From: a virus
Lineage: Duplodnaviria > Caudoviricetes
Strand: one strand, 5' to 3'
Length of the DNA: 64,000 nt
Virus record (IMG/VR): IMGVR_UViG_3300037421_000032
Location: 451-64,450 of that record
In this document: piece by piece, positions 27,622 to 37,047 of the stretch
How positions within the stretch are numbered: the stretch's first letter is position 1
How the letters are laid out: every line of letters starts with the position of its first letter
Program-made: the position numbers and the translations under genes
Notes under the pieces: generated by a model
What the model saw: only the letters and a program-made list of their open reading frames with translations
Databases searched by the model: none
Told to the model about the DNA's origin: nothing

Positions 27622-28091
27622 GTGAGGTCATTCCCGATCAGATAGAGATCACACGTCGCGGCCGTGCCCTGCCCGGTCGTCAGCGAGAGATACACCGTGT
27701 TGACCGTATAGCGTGTAGTTGCGATGTTCGCCGCCAAGGTCAGCCCGAGCACGATCGTCGCCCCGGTCAGCGCGGTATAAATCTGCGCCGCTGCAACGAG
27801 TGCCGTGCCGCCCTTGCTGACCGCCGGATAGACACCGCCCGCTGCGAGCGTCAGCGAAGCCGAGCAATTGGTGACGATGATCGAAGTCGGCACCCATGCG
27901 GTCACACCGGCCGGAATGGTGCAGGCTTGATCCGTGGTGACATTAAAGTTGGCGGCGCGGATCGAGCATAGGACGCGCGTGGCGCCTGCCGCCGTGTTAT
28001 TGATCGTGACAGCGCCGCCGCTGCCAAACCCGGCTATAGCCTGCGAACATGCCAGCCAAGCCGCACAAAAGAATGCAAGAACTCGGCGCAT
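27618..28091 (-). CDS. secreted decoration-like protein
   Basis: MRRVLAFFCAAWLACSQAIA|GF leader; 4 Cys in the mature part. Confidence 0.7.
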   Translation of the reverse strand: MRRVLAFFCAAWLACSQAIAGFGSGGAVTINNTAAGATRVLCSIRAANFNVTTDQACTIPAGVTAWVPTSIIVTNCSASLTLAAGGVYPAVSKGGTALVAAAQIYTALTGATIVLGLTLAANIATTRYTVNTVYLSLTTGQGTAATCDLYLIGNDLT

Positions 28092-28095
28092 GGCA

Positions 28096-28953
28096 TCACC
28101 AATATGTGCAGGAGAACTTGTGCCCGGTCGTCGCGGCAATGACCGACAGGGCCGTATTCATGCCGAAGCCGAGGGGCGTCGTGAAACTCGATAGGCCGGC
28201 AAATGTCGTCGCTGTCGGAGCGGCCAGAGGGTAGGACGCGGCGGTTGAAGCAGCGGCCGTGGTGGTGAAAGAAATCCATAACGGCTCACCGGAGCCCGCC
28301 GACGTGTCAATGTTGGCGATGGTGAATCCATGGATCGTCGCCGTTGCCGCGATGGCATTCTGCGCCGTGCCGCCTGATGTGATCGTACTGGAACAATTGG
28401 TCGGGGTGACATTGACATTGCCGGTGACGGTTCCGATCGCGGCAGTGCCGGCCGCTAGACCGACCGTTCCCCCGCTTGAGCCCATAGCACCCGTTGGCAG
28501 CGGCAACGATGCCGCGCTTATCGGAATCACCGTTCCAGAGGCAATACCTTGGACCGTTACCACCTCGGCCGATGCCGTTCCGGCCGTGCCCACACCCGCG
28601 CCAGCAACGGTCGAACCCGTGCCCGAGTTTTTCGAGACGGCGACGGGCGCCGCAGATGCGGCGACGGCCTGCCCGTTGGGATTAAGCGTTCCCGATGCAA
28701 GGTTGACTGTTTGGTGTCCGCTACTATCCACCGCCGCGCATTGCGACGGCATCGTCGGATCGCATAGAAGTAGTTGCATGTAATGCACGGAGGCGACGAC
28801 GATAGACCCGAACGTCGTTCCGCTTCCTTGGGTCAACGTATAGTTGGCAAACGCCCATATTCCGCCGACCATCACGACAAGCAGAGTGCCGCGGAATATC
28901 GTTCCGAAACACCATAGCAGGGTGCGCAGCAGGAACATCGCCGTGCGTTTCAT
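28096..28953 (-). CDS. membrane-leader-bearing decoration-like protein
   Basis: Hydrophobic N-terminus ending AFA|NY; Thr/Ala/Gly-rich body; paired Cys. Confidence 0.7.
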   Translation of the reverse strand: MKRTAMFLLRTLLWCFGTIFRGTLLVVMVGGIWAFANYTLTQGSGTTFGSIVVASVHYMQLLLCDPTMPSQCAAVDSSGHQTVNLASGTLNPNGQAVAASAAPVAVSKNSGTGSTVAGAGVGTAGTASAEVVTVQGIASGTVIPISAASLPLPTGAMGSSGGTVGLAAGTAAIGTVTGNVNVTPTNCSSTITSGGTAQNAIAATATIHGFTIANIDTSAGSGEPLWISFTTTAAASTAASYPLAAPTATTFAGLSSFTTPLGFGMNTALSVIAATTGHKFSCTYW

Positions 28954-29123
28954 TGTCCTAATCCTGTGACGCAGCCGAGGGAGAGATCGAGAACACCGTT
29001 ACAGGTCGAAGGTGTGGATACCCCATGTCCCGATTGATTAGCCGGCGACATGATCCACACTTGCGCGTCCGCTCCCGCTGCCAGGGCGAGGGCCAAGAGC
29101 AGGATGAAGACGGTCACGCGCAT
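28950..29123 (-). CDS. small secreted peptide (57 aa, 2 Cys)
   Basis: Hand translation MRVTVFILLLALALAAGADA|QVWIMSPANQSGHGVSTPSTCNGVLDLSLGCVTGLGQ; stop overlaps the next ATG. Confidence 0.7.
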   Translation of the reverse strand: MRVTVFILLLALALAAGADAQVWIMSPANQSGHGVSTPSTCNGVLDLSLGCVTGLGQ

Positions 29124-29126
29124 GGG

Positions 29127-29591
29127 CTAGAATTGCGTGTAGTAGACGATCGCCTGGACGGCAACGCCGGCATTCGTCAGGATGCACAGGTCATTCGAGA
29201 CTGGAACCGGGGGAATCCCGGTATAGACCGGGAGATGGTCGACCTCGGCGATCTGCGCCGTGAGTGCAAAGGGCGGCGTGACCGCCGCCTGTCCCGTCCC
29301 GCAAGTTCCGCCCGTGCCGTAGACGAAACTGACACTGACCGTCCCGCCGGGCATGATGTTCCAGCCGCAGACGTAGATCTGCTTGGTCGCCGTGCCGGTT
29401 ACGAGCTTCGTCGCGCCGTTGGTCGAGGCATTGTACTGCGCCGACTGATTGCAGCCGAACATCTGGTTTGGCGACACGCCCTGGGCGTGAGCAGGAAACA
29501 GCCCTACCCACCACAAGAACCAAACGACGATGACAGCCGTTATCCAGTCGCCAGCATTGGGCTTGTAAGTCAGCCAAATCGGGCGCCGCAT
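29127..29591 (-). CDS. secreted Cys-rich decoration-like protein
   Basis: MRRPIW...VIVVWFLWWVGLFPAHA|QG leader; 4 Cys. Confidence 0.7.
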   Translation of the reverse strand: MRRPIWLTYKPNAGDWITAVIVVWFLWWVGLFPAHAQGVSPNQMFGCNQSAQYNASTNGATKLVTGTATKQIYVCGWNIMPGGTVSVSFVYGTGGTCGTGQAAVTPPFALTAQIAEVDHLPVYTGIPPVPVSNDLCILTNAGVAVQAIVYYTQF

Positions 29592-29596
29592 CGTCG

Positions 29597-30220
29597 TCAC
29601 CCCGCCTGCGGCCCTTGGGCCGGATTCGTGCCCGGCATGGGCGGGCGCACGGCTTGGCGCCGCTGGCGCTCGGCCTGCGCCCGTTGCGACGGGATATGAT
29701 CGGCGACGCCCTGCGGCGGTGGACGTGACGGATCGGGCGGCAACGCCATGCCGCTGACCGCGGCGTTCGGCATGATCGGCAGCGACGACGGCGCCGGACG
29801 ATAGCCGACCGCGGGGCCGACCGGGCGCGCTCCCGCGCGCTTTTCCTTGATGGCGACGGCATACTTCATGACGGCGCCCCACCACTGATCGTGCGGGATT
29901 TCCGGTTCGCCCTCGCGCGGACGCATGGCAAAGGCGGCTTCCGAGATTTCTTCCTGGCTCAAGCCCTTCCCAACCACGGGAAGCGAATTGATCCACATCT
30001 CGAACCGTTCGCCGGCCGCCTTGTTCAACGGCTGCATCTGGTGGTTCGGCGTCATCTCCGTGGTGATGACCTGGCCTTCCTCGACCAAGGTCGGCCCGGT
30101 CAAGCCGGTTTCCGCCGAGCGCATGACCATGTGACAATCGGCGAGCAAGAGATAGGTCGGGCCATGGACGTGCTGGCCGTCCTCGGTCACGTAGGATTCG
30201 GGAAGCTGATGGTTATTCAT
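29597..30220 (-). CDS. hypothetical head-region protein
   Basis: ORF track; GAGG RBS; PNHQMQPLN motif. Confidence 0.7.
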   Translation of the reverse strand: MNNHQLPESYVTEDGQHVHGPTYLLLADCHMVMRSAETGLTGPTLVEEGQVITTEMTPNHQMQPLNKAAGERFEMWINSLPVVGKGLSQEEISEAAFAMRPREGEPEIPHDQWWGAVMKYAVAIKEKRAGARPVGPAVGYRPAPSSLPIMPNAAVSGMALPPDPSRPPPQGVADHIPSQRAQAERQRRQAVRPPMPGTNPAQGPQAG

Positions 30221-30248
30221 TGGGATACCTCAAAAGGATCAAAGAGGG

Positions 30249-30292
30249 CTGTGGGCGGCCTCACGAGGTCGCGGCGCAACAGGCCGCCCACA
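30249..30292 (-). terminator. stem-loop downstream of the capsid/cement genes
   Basis: CTGTGGGCGGCCT...AGGCCGCCCACAG 13-bp inverted repeat; weak U-tract. Confidence 0.5.
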
Positions 30293-30325
30293 GGATCATG
30301 CCGGGGATTCGCGTACCCGGCAGAG

Positions 30326-30886
30326 TTACGACGCAACCTTGTAGTTCGAGCCGTACTGGTTGAGCGTCGATTGGGCGTCTTCGTCTCCCAGAGTAACGTC
30401 GGCAGTAAGCGTGCCGGCGGTCGCGCTCGACCCGGTGATGGCGTAGTGCAGGTCGATGAACCGCGGCAAGCCCGCCCCGGTCTTTCGCATCGGCCAGTCG
30501 AATGAGGCGATGCGCGTGTTCGCGGTCAGAAGCGCGAGCGCGATCGTGTCGGTCTGCATGTAGATGACGAAGGCCAGATCCGAACGATTGCCCGAGGCGT
30601 GCGCGGTCGCGTTTTCCGGCGCGCCGCGGAACTGCACTTGGATCGTGGTCACGGTCAGGAACGCCGTGCCCGTATTGACCTGCACGCGCGGCGTGCCCGG
30701 ACCCTTGCCGATGCCAAGGTCTTCCCCGAAGAACGTCTGGTTCACGGAGAAGATATTGCTGGGCGACGGCGTGAAGGTCGTCGTGCCCATCGAACCGTTG
30801 AGCTGGTCGTAGAAGTTCGTCGAGTCCGCCGCGGCGGTCAAAGCCTGGGCGTTCGAGAACTGGAGGTTTGCATCAAGCATACCCAT
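30326..30886 (-). CDS. capsid cement protein (Bbp16-like)
   Basis: MLDANLQFSNAQALTA...DLGIG...RFIDLHY; directly follows the capsid gene. Confidence 0.8.
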   Translation of the reverse strand: MGMLDANLQFSNAQALTAAADSTNFYDQLNGSMGTTTFTPSPSNIFSVNQTFFGEDLGIGKGPGTPRVQVNTGTAFLTVTTIQVQFRGAPENATAHASGNRSDLAFVIYMQTDTIALALLTANTRIASFDWPMRKTGAGLPRFIDLHYAITGSSATAGTLTADVTLGDEDAQSTLNQYGSNYKVAS

Positions 30887-30928
30887 TGGGGTGCTCCTGT
30901 TTCAAGGTTGACCTAAGCTATTGATAGC

Positions 30929-31960
30929 TCAGGTAATTCGACTCTCAGTGTCCAGAATTTGGTCTGTGACCCCGATGGGTATGTTGCGGAAGTTCACGAT
31001 CGGGCGCCCGGCGTAGTCCTCCGGCCGGAGCAGCACGTTCTTGTCGCGGATGGCCTGAATGTCGAGGTATTCGCGCCAGGTACGGTCGCCGTACCAGTTG
31101 AGCCGCACCGGAGGCGCGACGCGATCGGGAGCGTCGGTCTTGGTGATGCCCGATACCATGCGGCCGGCGGTCGGCAGGCGAACGACGGCCTTCGACATGA
31201 TCGCGAACAGGTCGGGCGGCGTTGCACCCGCGAGGCCCGCCGTGGTCGTGTCGATGTTGCACATGCGAACGACATAGCGCCAGTCCTCGATGCACAACCC
31301 GGCGTTCCACGAGAAATACGACGTGTATGCCTCATAGCGCCGGCTGGAGCTATCGTAGGCCGGAACCGTGTCGCCCTTGTTCTCGAACGTCAGGCCGGCT
31401 TTCGTTCCCTTGGGGAAGATGCCGTAGGCGGTCTGATCGCCCCAGCCGATGAGCCAAGCGGAAGTGTTCGACGATCCGGTGCCGCCGCAGTCGAAGACGT
31501 TGACGCCGTTCTGCGCCGCCGCGATGGCCGCGAAATAGGTGGCAAAGCCCGACATCTGTTCCGGCGTCGTCCACGAGTTGCCGTAGATGTAGAAGCCGGA
31601 CATCTGTTGCGACATGCCCTCCATGTGGGCAACGTCTTCCTTTTCCCGATTTGCGGCGGTGTTACCGCCCAAATCGGCCAGCTTCTTGTCGATCTGCGAA
31701 TAGGCGTCGAGCATCATCATGCCGAACGTGAGCTGCGCCGCAGACGACTTGGTGTAGGCAACGCCCTGGTTGAACCGGCGGGCGGTGCCCTTCGGCAAGG
31801 CGGTGCGCAAAGTAACCACATGCCCCGTCGTCAGGTTGCCCTCGACCCACGGGATATGATCGATGATTTCGTTGCACTGGGAGAGCAATTCCGCCATGTC
31901 GGCGATCTTGCCCGAAGGATCCATGCGCCGACCGATATCGGCGAGGGTCAAGGAAGCCAT
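30929..31960 (-). CDS. major capsid protein (BPP-1 Bbp17-like)
   Basis: LTLAD...ELLSQCNEII..IPW.EGN..TGH...RT.LP, DWRYVVR.CNID, F..IPI...DQILDTE. Confidence 0.92.
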   Translation of the reverse strand: MASLTLADIGRRMDPSGKIADMAELLSQCNEIIDHIPWVEGNLTTGHVVTLRTALPKGTARRFNQGVAYTKSSAAQLTFGMMMLDAYSQIDKKLADLGGNTAANREKEDVAHMEGMSQQMSGFYIYGNSWTTPEQMSGFATYFAAIAAAQNGVNVFDCGGTGSSNTSAWLIGWGDQTAYGIFPKGTKAGLTFENKGDTVPAYDSSSRRYEAYTSYFSWNAGLCIEDWRYVVRMCNIDTTTAGLAGATPPDLFAIMSKAVVRLPTAGRMVSGITKTDAPDRVAPPVRLNWYGDRTWREYLDIQAIRDKNVLLRPEDYAGRPIVNFRNIPIGVTDQILDTESRIT

Positions 31961-31984
31961 AGGTTTAAGCCCCTGGGTGCGAGG

Positions 31985-33031
31985 TTAAGCTGCGCGCCCG
32001 GACTCTCCGTCAACCTTGTCGTACCAGCCGCGTTGCCCGCGCTCGCGCGAGGCATCCGGCCTAAAGGGTGCTGGATTGGCCGAGGCGATTTCCGGCTCGC
32101 GAAAACGCTCGTAGATGTTGTTGAGCAATCGGATGAAGCCTACGAAATTGGAAACCCCGCCCGCATCGGCCACGCGCAGAATCTCTTGCGCGGCTGACAA
32201 TCGGGAAGGATCGCCGGGCGGCTTCGTCAGATCGCCCGCGAACGCCTCGATGACGTATTTCGCGTTGCCCAGCGTGGTATCCTGCCTGTTGCCGCCAAGC
32301 TGCGGATCGGCCTTGAACTCGTTGATCCGTTGCTCGTTGAGGCGGTTCCAGACATCGATCTGGTGCTGGGCGACGTGCTCGCCGATGCGCTGCACCTCGG
32401 AGGTGTAGAAGTCCACGAGCTTTTGCCCGAACGCCTGGGTCTGTACGTGATCGGCTTTGGCGCCGACCTCGAACTCGCCGAGCATTGAGGAAAACTCGCC
32501 GACTTTCTTGTCATCCAAGGCAAAGCCGTCTGGGGCTTTGAACGCATCGTACACGGGAGCCGGTGGCTTTTCGGCCGGGGCTTCAACGACCGGGGCGGTC
32601 CCGTCTGCTTTCGGCTCGGCTGGCTTGTCGCCAGGGGGAGCCTCAGCCTTGACGGCCGGTTCCGGCTTATCCGCAGCTTTCGCGGGAGCGGGCGCCGGTT
32701 CGGGCGCCCCCTCTCGCTTGGCCGCATCCGCCCCTGCGAGCAGCGAGGGCGTGGATTCCTTGGGAGCCGCGGCCGGTTCTGGCGCTTTGGCGCCATCGGC
32801 TTTCGCAGGCTCGGGTGAAGAAGGAGCGGCAGCAGCCGCCGGGGCGGCAGTTTGGGAGGCGGCGTCAGGAGTCGGAGATGGCGCCGGGTTCGTCGATCCC
32901 GCCTCGGCTGGAGCCGGGATGGCCGTGGCCGCTGCCGCGGAGTCAGGTGCCGCGCTCGAACCCGTACCGGCCTCGGCCGCATAAAGAATCTGCGGCAACC
33001 AAGAGGCTGATCCAAGGAGCGCGTTGCGCAT
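31985..33031 (-). CDS. capsid scaffolding protein
   Basis: Pro/Ala-rich N-terminus, YDAFKAPDG, KADPQLGG; directly precedes the capsid gene. Confidence 0.8.
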   Translation of the reverse strand: MRNALLGSASWLPQILYAAEAGTGSSAAPDSAAAATAIPAPAEAGSTNPAPSPTPDAASQTAAPAAAAAPSSPEPAKADGAKAPEPAAAPKESTPSLLAGADAAKREGAPEPAPAPAKAADKPEPAVKAEAPPGDKPAEPKADGTAPVVEAPAEKPPAPVYDAFKAPDGFALDDKKVGEFSSMLGEFEVGAKADHVQTQAFGQKLVDFYTSEVQRIGEHVAQHQIDVWNRLNEQRINEFKADPQLGGNRQDTTLGNAKYVIEAFAGDLTKPPGDPSRLSAAQEILRVADAGGVSNFVGFIRLLNNIYERFREPEIASANPAPFRPDASRERGQRGWYDKVDGESGRAA

Positions 33032-33032
33032 G

Positions 33033-33410
33033 CTAGACGCCTAGTGTTCCCTGTTCGTCCGCTTCCTTGGCTCTTTTCTCAGCCTTGGCGCGGCGGTTTT
33101 CCTGCCGAAGATTTTCTTCGGCCATCATCTTTGCGTACAGTTCGGGCACGAATCGGATCAAGTCAAGCATCAACTGCTTGCCAATGTGTTCTTCCCCCAA
33201 CTTATAGGCGGTGGTGTCGGGCTCGCCCGCGGTGAACGAGCCCTGGTAAATGTGGCACTTGTCGAGGAAGCGGAGCATGTAATAGCGGCCTTCTTGGCCG
33301 CCCATCCATTCTTCGAGCACACGCCGATCGGCCGCCTCGATCCGGCCGGCTTCGCGGCGGCGTTCTTCTTCGTCGCGCTCGGAACCGGCGTCGTAGGCGT
33401 AGTCGGTCAT
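33033..33410 (-). CDS. Bbp19-like protein
   Basis: WMGGQEGRYYMLRFLDKCHIYQGSF...AYKLGE..IG. Confidence 0.75.
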   Translation of the reverse strand: MTDYAYDAGSERDEEERRREAGRIEAADRRVLEEWMGGQEGRYYMLRFLDKCHIYQGSFTAGEPDTTAYKLGEEHIGKQLMLDLIRFVPELYAKMMAEENLRQENRRAKAEKRAKEADEQGTLGV

Positions 33411-33685
33411 TCGGCAAGTGCCTCGCGCGCCACGCGAACCGAACCGGATTCATCAAAGGCACCATAGCTGCCGTGAGCTTCCAGATGATTCGATGCCAGT
33501 GGGTCATCAAATGCGGCAATGCGCGTCAGAGCCGCTTGCAAGCGATCTATCTTCGCCTGCTGGCTTTCGATCAAATCCGCGATGATTGCGCAATCGCAAC
33601 CGCTTGCGGCATTTCTTATACGACAACGGTCATTCTCGACGCACAGGCCATCACGTAATTGGTCAATCAGTGCGACGATGTTCAC
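33407..33685 (-). CDS. hypothetical protein
   Basis: GTGA-coupled; ends AREALAE. Confidence 0.5.
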   Translation of the reverse strand: MNIVALIDQLRDGLCVENDRCRIRNAASGCDCAIIADLIESQQAKIDRLQAALTRIAAFDDPLASNHLEAHGSYGAFDESGSVRVAREALAE

Positions 33686-34086
33686 GTCTGCCTCTCCCGT
33701 GCCCAATCCACGAACACCTTGACCATGGCGATATCGTTGCCAAACCCCGTGACCTCGAACCATCGCTTGATGCCGGGGATCATTTTCTCCAGCCATTCGA
33801 CTAGCGGGACGGTCACGAGCAAGGTTTCGTGAAGCCGGTCGCCGTAGTGCTGTTGCGCTTCCTTGGCGCCGCCCTTTGACGGACCGCGCTGGAGGATCAC
33901 GCGGATATCGTGCGCGATCGAGGGGGATTCCAGTTCCGCCAGTTCCACAAGCTGCCGGCGCATGGCGCGGTCAACGTCGGCGCGCACGGCCACGATCTTG
34001 TTGTCGGCGACGAACTCAGGGATAGGCTGAGCGCGATGCGACGAGAACGCCGTCGAGCTGAGAAGTTTGCCGGCACGCGGGAACAT
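33682..34086 (-). CDS. hypothetical protein with a scaffold-like C-terminal motif
   Basis: WFEVTGFGNDIAMVKVF. Confidence 0.55.
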   Translation of the reverse strand: MFPRAGKLLSSTAFSSHRAQPIPEFVADNKIVAVRADVDRAMRRQLVELAELESPSIAHDIRVILQRGPSKGGAKEAQQHYGDRLHETLLVTVPLVEWLEKMIPGIKRWFEVTGFGNDIAMVKVFVDWARERQT

Positions 34087-34087
34087 G

Positions 34088-34609
34088 CTACTGCCGCCAC
34101 TCCGGCAGGATCAGCGATGCCGTCTTCTTCTTCGCCGCGGCGGTCATCTTCGCCTGCATGCTTTCGAGCATCTTTGCCATTTTCGACCATGCAAAATCGT
34201 TGCGGAAGCAGATTGCGAGTTGCCGCATTCCTCCCGCCGCTTGGCGGCATCCTTCCCGGAATCGATCACGCGCCGGACGCCATGGCATCGAGGACGATCC
34301 GCGCGGTTCTTCCGTCTGCCGTTCCTTGATGGTCAGGCCGAGGCCGGCGATTTGAACGGAAATGCGCCGGCATTGGTCGAGGTTTGAGGCGAGCCTGCGC
34401 CAGATCCCATGGTTCTCCGGCTCGTTGCGGGCCAAGTGCTCTGCGGCGTCCGCCGCCATCTTCAAGCCTTCGATGACGCGCTCGTAGCTCTCGCGCTCGG
34501 TCATTGCGACCATGCGCGGATCGCGCACTGGATCACCGTCGCTGCCGCGGACGATGAGATCGTTAGCCTCGGGCGTGCCGGGGATTGGCGGGACAGATTC
34601 GTCGGTCAT
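34088..34609 (-). CDS. hypothetical helical protein with an internal duplication
   Basis: YERVIEGLKMAADAAEHLA / RDRFREGCRQAAGGMRQLA. Confidence 0.6.
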   Translation of the reverse strand: MTDESVPPIPGTPEANDLIVRGSDGDPVRDPRMVAMTERESYERVIEGLKMAADAAEHLARNEPENHGIWRRLASNLDQCRRISVQIAGLGLTIKERQTEEPRGSSSMPWRPARDRFREGCRQAAGGMRQLAICFRNDFAWSKMAKMLESMQAKMTAAAKKKTASLILPEWRQ

Positions 34610-34794
34610 GCGAGCTTGCCTAGCAATTCGTCGTAGGTCGCGCATTCGTGCGACAAACGAAAGAGCGCCCCACTCGCCATCATATCGAGCGCGTCGTCGG
34701 ACCATTCGATTCCGCGCTCGCGGCCCGCGGCGAGTTTCGATTCCATGACGATCCTGCGCGCGTGCGCGTATTGAGACAGTGTGAGAAGAATCAT
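34606..34794 (-). CDS. hypothetical protein
   Basis: ATGA-coupled on both sides. Confidence 0.5.
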   Translation of the reverse strand: MILLTLSQYAHARRIVMESKLAAGRERGIEWSDDALDMMASGALFRLSHECATYDELLGKLA

Positions 34795-35030
34795 AGCGGC
34801 TTCACCACCTCGACGGTCTGGATTTGCTGCCGGCCGAAGCCGTCAGGGCCGATATTAAACCCGACCTTGAGGCCGTTGCTCTGCGCTTCTTGAATGATCG
34901 CGAGGACGGGCACGAGCGCCGCGCGCAAACGGTCGCGATAGTCCTGCGCGCGTTCCGCATCGGTCGAGCCCGGCACGATATGAACCGGCCCGTCGCTTTT
35001 GCTCAGGTTCATCCTGTCTCCCGCCGTCAT
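34791..35030 (-). CDS. hypothetical protein
   Basis: ATGA overlap with the portal stop. Confidence 0.55.
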   Translation of the reverse strand: MTAGDRMNLSKSDGPVHIVPGSTDAERAQDYRDRLRAALVPVLAIIQEAQSNGLKVGFNIGPDGFGRQQIQTVEVVKPL

Positions 35031-36883
35031 CCTGGCCCTCCCGCTCCTGGCGCACCAGCCCCGCCGCCTTGGAGCATCAATTGCAGCGCGTTCAATCCGC
35101 CGCCCGTATCGGTCTGCGAAAGCGTCTGCGCCGCGGTTGCCATATCCGCAGCAGGTTTTGCCGCTTCGGTCAAGTGCTGCGCCTGGGCGGCTTGCTGTTG
35201 TGCCTTCGCTCTTGCCTGGCGCATCTGGTCGCGGATTTCGGGCGTGCGCCAGTCCTTCGACGGATAGGCGAGCTTTTCGCCGTAGTCGCGGATATAGGCG
35301 TCGGGATCGATATTGTCGATGGTGCCGGGCCATACCCCTTCCATCTTGCCGGCCATGGCGACGGTGCGTTCCATGCCGGCGGTCGCGGCGGCGGCCTGAG
35401 TGAGCGCGAGGATCGAGACATAGCGGATTTCGATCGGGACGTTGCGCAGCGCCGCCGGTTTCGGCGGCAGCAGGCCACGCCTCGCCATGATCGAGGCAAT
35501 GCGATTGATCGCGGGCGTCATCGCTTCGTTGAGATTCTTTTCGATGACCGGGCCGAGTTGCAATAGTTTCTCGCCGCGGCGTTCGGTCAGCTCAAGCTCG
35601 TTTCGCGGCTGCACACCTTCCATCTGCGAGATCATCAGGAACACGTCGTTGTAGAACCATTTTTCGACGCGCTGCTCGATGACCTCGATCACCTTCGCCA
35701 TTTCGGCGACCTGGGGATTGACCGTGTAGGCCGGCCGCATGCCGGTCTGCGGGCCGAGATTGGCGACGTAGGTCACGCGGCCGGGCAGGATCGACGATGG
35801 CTCGTTCTTCATGCTCACGTCGGCGAGCATGGGCGGGCGGACCATCTTGTCGATTGCCTCGCCGAAACGGCGCGTCATCTGGTGAAGCTGCCGCACGTCG
35901 GGCAGCGCGTTCATGCCGGGCGAGCGGCCGTAGGGATCGTTCGACCGCTGCGTCCAACGCGGCGCGATGAAGGGCTTTTCGTTGAAGCCCCGGATGGATA
36001 GCGGCTGCGGCGTGGCGATGCCGCGCAGCCAATAGACCTCGCGATAGGCAAAGCCGCCGGGGACGACGCCGAGCTTGGGATTCTGTCCTTCCTGCCCGGC
36101 CGGGAAATTCGGCTCGATCAGGTGCCCGACGATGAATTCCGTATCGAGATTGGCGCCCTTGGTGTTCCACAGCGTTCCGACGTTAGTTCCGGCAACGGCC
36201 CTCGATCCGAACATATTGACGATCTGGAGCACGGTTTGCACGTACTCGCGCACGATGCCGCAGACGCGGTTGGCTGCGTCCGACATCAGGTAGTATTCGC
36301 CCGCGCATGGGTTGTAGCAGCGAATGATATCCTCGCGGTCCTCGTAGATTATCATCGGGCCGGTGCCGAAGACCGCCTCGTCCTCGTACATCTGGAAAAG
36401 GGCGTCGTACCAGTTCGAGCCGGCGAGCACGGCATAGATTCGCGCCTCGACTTCCTCGAACCAAGCGGAGGATTGCGCGTCCATCTTGAAGCCGCGGTCG
36501 ATCCACCATTTCGGCGGCCCGAGCTTGAACCATGGCCGCGACGGCGAGGTCAGCCCATTGAGCATGCCGGCGGCGCAGACGTTGATCGCCTGGGTCGGCG
36601 TTGAATCGACGACCTCTTGATTGATCGGCGACCCACGCGTCATCTGGTTTGGTGTAATGAGCCAGTGATAGCGCCGCGGCAGCATGTTGGTGGCGATTTC
36701 CGCCCAATGCACCCACCATGATGTTCGCCAGTTGCGAAGCCCGAGCAACCGTTGCTCGCAGTAAAGCCGCATGTCCTCCCAATCTTGGTCGGACCGCCAT
36801 TCCTTCCAGGGGATGATTGCCGGCGCCCGCGAGAGCAGCGAGGCGTTCATCATCTCGTAATTGACGATGACGGGGGCGTTCAC
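35027..36883 (-). CDS. portal (head-to-tail connector)
   Basis: AAGMLNGLTSPSRPWF, YGRSPGMNALPDVRQL, E..ERRGEKLLQLGPV, EIRYVS.L. Confidence 0.95.
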   Translation of the reverse strand: MNAPVIVNYEMMNASLLSRAPAIIPWKEWRSDQDWEDMRLYCEQRLLGLRNWRTSWWVHWAEIATNMLPRRYHWLITPNQMTRGSPINQEVVDSTPTQAINVCAAGMLNGLTSPSRPWFKLGPPKWWIDRGFKMDAQSSAWFEEVEARIYAVLAGSNWYDALFQMYEDEAVFGTGPMIIYEDREDIIRCYNPCAGEYYLMSDAANRVCGIVREYVQTVLQIVNMFGSRAVAGTNVGTLWNTKGANLDTEFIVGHLIEPNFPAGQEGQNPKLGVVPGGFAYREVYWLRGIATPQPLSIRGFNEKPFIAPRWTQRSNDPYGRSPGMNALPDVRQLHQMTRRFGEAIDKMVRPPMLADVSMKNEPSSILPGRVTYVANLGPQTGMRPAYTVNPQVAEMAKVIEVIEQRVEKWFYNDVFLMISQMEGVQPRNELELTERRGEKLLQLGPVIEKNLNEAMTPAINRIASIMARRGLLPPKPAALRNVPIEIRYVSILALTQAAAATAGMERTVAMAGKMEGVWPGTIDNIDPDAYIRDYGEKLAYPSKDWRTPEIRDQMRQARAKAQQQAAQAQHLTEAAKPAADMATAAQTLSQTDTGGGLNALQLMLQGGGAGAPGAGGPG

Positions 36884-37047
36884 GGGTAATCCCGCATGCG
36901 TGCGGCCAGCTTCTTGAATTGCTGGGCGGCCTGGTCAGCGAGTTGGGCGGCTCGTTTTGATCGCTTCTGGCCCCACTCGAATTGCGCCGTCATGGCCTTG
37001 GCGATGGCCGCGTCGAAGCGAAGTGCGATTTCGTCGGGCTTGCTCAT
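36880..37047 (-). CDS. small hypothetical protein (paralog of 37044..37223)
   Basis: MSKPDEIALRFDAAIAKAMTAQFEWGQKRSKRAA. Confidence 0.55.
   Translation of the reverse strand: MSKPDEIALRFDAAIAKAMTAQFEWGQKRSKRAAQLADQAAQQFKKLAARMRDYP

Noticed and set aside
30929-30960. Programmed frameshift extending the capsid protein
   Set aside because: No slippery heptamer is visible before the stop, and the next gene has its own AGGAG RBS.
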